NCBI GenBank assembly: GCA_905178155.1
Contig: CAJINV010000004.1
Span: forward strand, 11,696,492 to 11,760,491
Source of the DNA: Amoebophrya sp. A120
Taxonomy: Eukaryota > Protista > Dinoflagellata
Direction: 5' to 3'
DNA: 64,000 nt
The translations under genes were made by a program, and so were the position numbers. This document shows, one piece after another, positions 59,501-64,000 of the stretch. The first letter of the stretch is position 1. Each line of letters opens with the position of its first letter. Below the pieces are notes generated by a model. That model made no database searches and had not been told where the DNA came from. It saw only the letters and a program-made list of their open reading frames with translations.

Positions 59501-62402
59501 TCCGTTACGTTCTCCCACTGGTCAAGCGGCTTTTTCTGGTGACTGTTTCGCGGCTTCGCTTCATCAGCATCTTCGTCGTTATCCATATCGACATCAGGAG
59601 GCTGCTCCTGTGCATCTTCGCTTTCGCCGTGTTGACTGTCATTGTTACTGTTGCCATTCGGCTTCTTGTTGATTTTCTTCTTGTTGATTTTCTTCTGCTT
59701 GTGCAGCTTCAACCCCATCCTCTTCTTTCCAGGAGCGCGTTGCTGCGCTTGTGCTTTGCTGTTGCCGTCAGCTTTCTTCTCGCCGTCAGCACCGGGCAGC
59801 TCCACTCCGGATGCGGTATCCACGATCAGTTCCGCCATGTTGTCTTCTGCGCTCGAGCTGGGCTGCACTGCCTTTCCTTTGCCTTTATTTTGTTTCTTGC
59901 CTTTTCCTTTTGGACTTCCACCTACTTTTCCGTTGTTCATTATCAATTGCAAACCTGGCACACGGACACGCCCAAATTTCTTGCTGATCATGCACATTCA
60001 GATTCATCACCTTGAACATCATGCAGCTCAATCACTATGCTTTACTATCATTTGATCACACGACCAGCTCCAGTTGCAAATGCAATTCACGTCAGACTTT
60101 GTAATAAAGGATGTGTTCGGAGTGCACGTAGCTGCATCACAAGCAGTTGTCCGTGTAGGGAATTTGCAAGGCATAGTTGTGTTGTTCGAGGACAAAGGCG
60201 CCCTTGAGCCAGCGGCGGCCTCCGGATCCAGAAACAGGGCAAACTCACCATGGCTGACGTCGAACAAGTCGTGTTGAAACAATTTGTTACTGCTACTGCT
60301 CGTGTGGTTCTTGTTGTTCTTCAATTTCTTTTTGGTCTTGTGCAGCAGATCCTGGTCTCCCTCTGAGGGCAGAAGCTTTTCCTCCTCTTTCTTACTTGCG
60401 AGCACGTCGGCTTTATTTCCCTTTTTTTCGTCGATCCTCACGAATTTTTTCGCATTGTTCTTGTGTTTCGGCTCGCGCTCGGCCGCCACTCCAAGTAACC
60501 CGAAATTGCTTTTCTTGACGTCCTGATCCAGCACGACATTCTTCGTGTCCATTTTCCCTCGTCCGGCCGGTTTAAATACCGACGACGACCCACTCGCGGC
60601 ATCTGCTCCTCCCGCTGCCGGGATTCCACGATTGGCAGCGGCATCCCCCCAACGACTCGAACTGCCAGACGACTTGACATCGCCCCTCTTGTTCAACATC
60701 TTCTGGATTTGCTTTTCTATCCCTACTGGTGCGTCGTGGGCATGACCTGCAAGTTTCTTCTGCGTGGTCGTTGTGCTGTTTTTGTGAAAGCTCGAGTTTT
60801 CCTTCACTTCCGCGTCAATCTGGCCGCCCGACTGGCTAGCCGCTTTTTGCACGACGGCCGAAGATGAAGAAGCGCCTGGCACATGATTTCCACCGACCAC
60901 AAAATTCGAAGACGTGTTGTTCCGGGTCGGGAGCGCCTCCGGCAGGACTATTGCTTTCGAAGATGCTGCTCCAGCTGACACGGCCGGCTGTGCGTCGTCC
61001 TGCGCAGCAACAGCAGAAGCATCTGTCGTTGTGATGATGTTCGCCTTCACTTTTTCATCAGTTTTGATAATTGTGTCTTTGTTCCTGAGTACGCCGGATG
61101 GTGGGTTAGCTCTTGCTTTCGAGGTGGGCATGATGGCCGGACCCGATGCAGACAAAAGGGACGGTCCCGCTTGTGCGTCAATGCGACTACCTGTCGGCGA
61201 CTGCGGCGAGGACTTTTCGTGCCCACCTTGATCGCCAGGAGAGCTGGCACTTTTTCCGTCTGGTTTATCACTCCCGTGATCCTTGTTCATCGATACGGCG
61301 ATCGGTGGCTGTTTCCTTTTGTATTTGTTCATCGATACGGGATCTGCTACTGCCGCAGCTTTGCTGCTCGCGCCGGCCCCGCCGGACGACGACGAAGAGG
61401 ACGCAGACGCACTGTTCTCGATCCCACCTCCGCGGGGCATTTTTAAATTCGTGTTGTTGAAGATGATGTTGGTTTTACCTCCGCGTTGTTCCGGATGTTT
61501 CGTCCTTGATAAGGAGGTGGAAACTTGGTTCATCTCGTCCGAAGAGGAAATAGTTTGGGTCGTAGCCCCCTGTTCTGGCCCTGGACGCGTGTCCTGGTTG
61601 TCCGGTCTTACCACATCCACGGCCCCGGCTGCTTCTACCCGGACTCCGACACCAGCATCGCCACCGCGCGAGTCGCCGACCCCCGTGGTCTTCATCGGCT
61701 TTATATCTCCACTACCGGATGCGTCGAAGCTGCTGGAAGGTCCTTTCTCGAGAAGATCTTTCTTGGAAGACCGGCCCTCCTGCGGTTGTTCGTGAACGTG
61801 CTGAGCAGATTCAACAGCAGCATGGAGAGAAGGCGGGGCGGCATTAGTGGTCGTGGTGATTTTGATCCCATCTCGCTTGCTTTCCTTCTTGTCCGCGCGA
61901 TCGCCATGCGTTTGCGCGACGAACCGGGCTCCCCATTTTGGCTGCGTCGGGGGCATACGGGCACCGGGGGCAAGGCCAACGTGACCGCTCTGAATTCAAT
62001 ATCGTATGGAGGATTCTCACAAATTTTCTGCAAAAATTTTCAGACACGGACACGAACGGAGTGCGTTGCCTATAGAAAAAAGAAATCAAAACCGAAGACG
62101 CACTTCTTGATGAGAGTGGCCTTAAGTGTAGGGGAAAGATCAAATACCCCCTGGCTCCTTTCTCCGATTTTTGCAGGCGACCGCGACTGGAGTCTCATCT
62201 CCGGCTTCGTAGGGGATGGCGTTTTCGAAAACCGCTGGTCTTTCAGTTCGTGCTTAGCTTTTAGCAGCGGGGACGCATTCGACCAGTCCTGTGCTCCCCG
62301 CTTTTGCAACCGCGCGGACATGGCTGCCGCCAGGCCATTTGGTCCCTCCCACTCCCCCACTTCGGCGGGCGACGGGGCTGGCTGCCCACGCTCGAAGTCC
62401 AT
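56568..62402 (-). CDS. Large multi-exon low-complexity protein (or two adjacent genes) with a Cys-rich segment near the 3' end
   Basis: Co-oriented ORFs 62070..62402, 60028..61956, 59449..59997, 58067..59002, 57453..57938 and 56568..57278 (HCTICN...VCRDSPAC); junctions not resolved. Confidence 0.45.
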
Positions 62403-63409
62403 TTTTAGATGAAGTGATAAGTTCGTATAATCTCTTGTGCCTGATGCTACTCAATTAGAATTACCGCAGTAAAAACTAATTGCGAGAAATAAAACAACTT
62501 GCTGAGGTGGCCGATTCATATGGTAAAATTATTCGTAAGACAACGGAGGTAAAGAAACCATCAATTCCAATCTATATTCGGTTTTCTTCAGGACAAATGG
62601 ATAGATAATTGCGCACTGAGTCTGCCCTCTGCAAGTAGAATGTTTCTACCTACTTCCCCTGCGTTTCCAGTAGTTCTAGTTTTTTTGTGGCTGCATTCGT
62701 TCGAGAGAGCGGGTTCCAATGATGTTTTTGCTCTTGGTGTTGCAGCTTGCTATTGCATAATAAATAGGAAACCCACCGATAACTGCCTTAAGACTAGATA
62801 AGAGGTACGGCACAATTATGTTGAGCACCCACACCAAAACTCGACAAGAAAAAACGCCTAGATTTTTTTGGTTGCGAAAGGACGCATGAATGACCAACAA
62901 AAAACAACCGATCAACATGCACACGCAAAGGACAAAAAAATCTTTGCTCACATGCTTCATCAAAACAAGTAGTGCCGGCGCAAATCACTCGCGATCGCGA
63001 TTCTTCTCCAGTATCACGCAGCGTTTGGCATACTTCTAAACTGCCACTTTGTTTTTGAGCTCGGCCATAAAAACTCATAGCGTTGCGTCGCTTCATGACG
63101 ATTTTCGATGCCCTCAGAATCAAAATTGCTATTGGCGCAATTTTCCTCGGACCGCCGTGCTTCGCGATGATTTCGCCTCTGTTCTCTCTCTCGTCTCTCA
63201 TCTCGGTGTACATATTTCCTCCTGGAATTCGAATTGTATCTAGATGTTTCAGAATCAGTAACTGACTGCAACAGTAGTATGGACATAAAATATGTAAGTA
63301 CTGGTCGAGCGAGGGCGAATGTGTCTGTCGTGCCAATCCAGTGTGTGAGTGACAAGGATCTTACACCTGCCACACCCATGCATGTACCTGACTGTAGTCC
63401 TCTGTCTGG

Positions 63410-64000
63410 CGCGAGGGGCCTGGCGACTCCGCTTGGACCAGCTGCAAGTCGGACCGCAAAATCGGGGTGGTTGAAGCGAAGTCGCCGGGCACTCGTGACT
63501 CCGCTTGGCGCAGCCCGGCTTTGCGGCAGGCTGCACGTCGGGCTAGCAGATGCATAGACACCGGCGCTCGCCGGCTCCGCTTGTTCGGACCCGCCGAGGT
63601 TTGAAGCTGCAAGTCGGACCTACCAGCAGATGTCGACCCCGGCGCCTCTGCTGGGACCAGCCCCCGGGCTCTCCAGCTGTAAGTCGGACCGTCAGATGTG
63701 GAGGCGCCGGGGCCAGGCGCCTCCGCTCGGACCGGCCGGACTTTGCAGCTGCAAATCCGTCGGACCAGCAGATGTCGATCGAGGCGCCGGGGCCCGGCGC
63801 CTCCGCTCGGACCAACCGGCCTTTGCAGCTGCAAGTCGGACCGGAAGATGGGGAGGCGCCGGGGCCCGGCGCCTCCGCTCGGACCAACCGGGCTTTGCAG
63901 CTGCAAGTCGGACCGGAAGGTGGGGAGGCGCCGGGGCCCGGCGCCTCCGTCTTTGCAGCTGCAAGTCGGACCGGGAGATGGGGAGGCGCCGGGGCCCGGC
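63410..64000. repeat. GC-rich tandem repeat, ~72-bp unit, continuing past the window end
   Basis: GAGGCGCCGGGGCCCGGCGCCTCCGCTCGGACCAACCGG(C/G)CTTTGCAGCTGCAAGTCGGACCGGAAG... with starts at 63701, 63781, 63853, 63925 and 63983; more degenerate copies to the left. Confidence 0.9.

Overview
Eukaryotic alveolate DNA, most likely a parasitic syndinian dinoflagellate of the Amoebophrya type. This is inferred from an alveolin gene, one-strand gene order and abundant non-canonical introns. All ~14 supportable genes lie on the minus strand: an MLO-like membrane protein, an F-box/LRR protein, a PX-domain protein, a coiled-coil membrane protein, an EF-hand protein, an alveolin/IMC protein, an AlkB-type dioxygenase with a GRF zinc finger, a WBP4/FBP21-like splicing factor, OMP decarboxylase, a pseudokinase and several hypotheticals. 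The dominant signal is a set of 21 short non-coding elements (138-466 bp) bounded by long terminal inverted repeats. They fall into three TIR families sharing TAT...(A)TA ends, and each sits inside coding sequence. Twenty are flanked by a 5-bp target-site duplication (17 perfect). Removing the element plus one TSD copy restores a continuous frame, including conserved AlkB, GRF and alveolin motifs, usually without any GT-AG register and in either element orientation. They are therefore transposon-derived introns (introners) removed by a non-canonical route. The window also contains reciprocal empty sites inside a duplicated exon, a nested insertion with an 18-bp TSD, and apparent stages of decay into ordinary GT-AG introns. 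No transposase is visible. All exon joins were reconstructed by eye and need RNA-seq confirmation.
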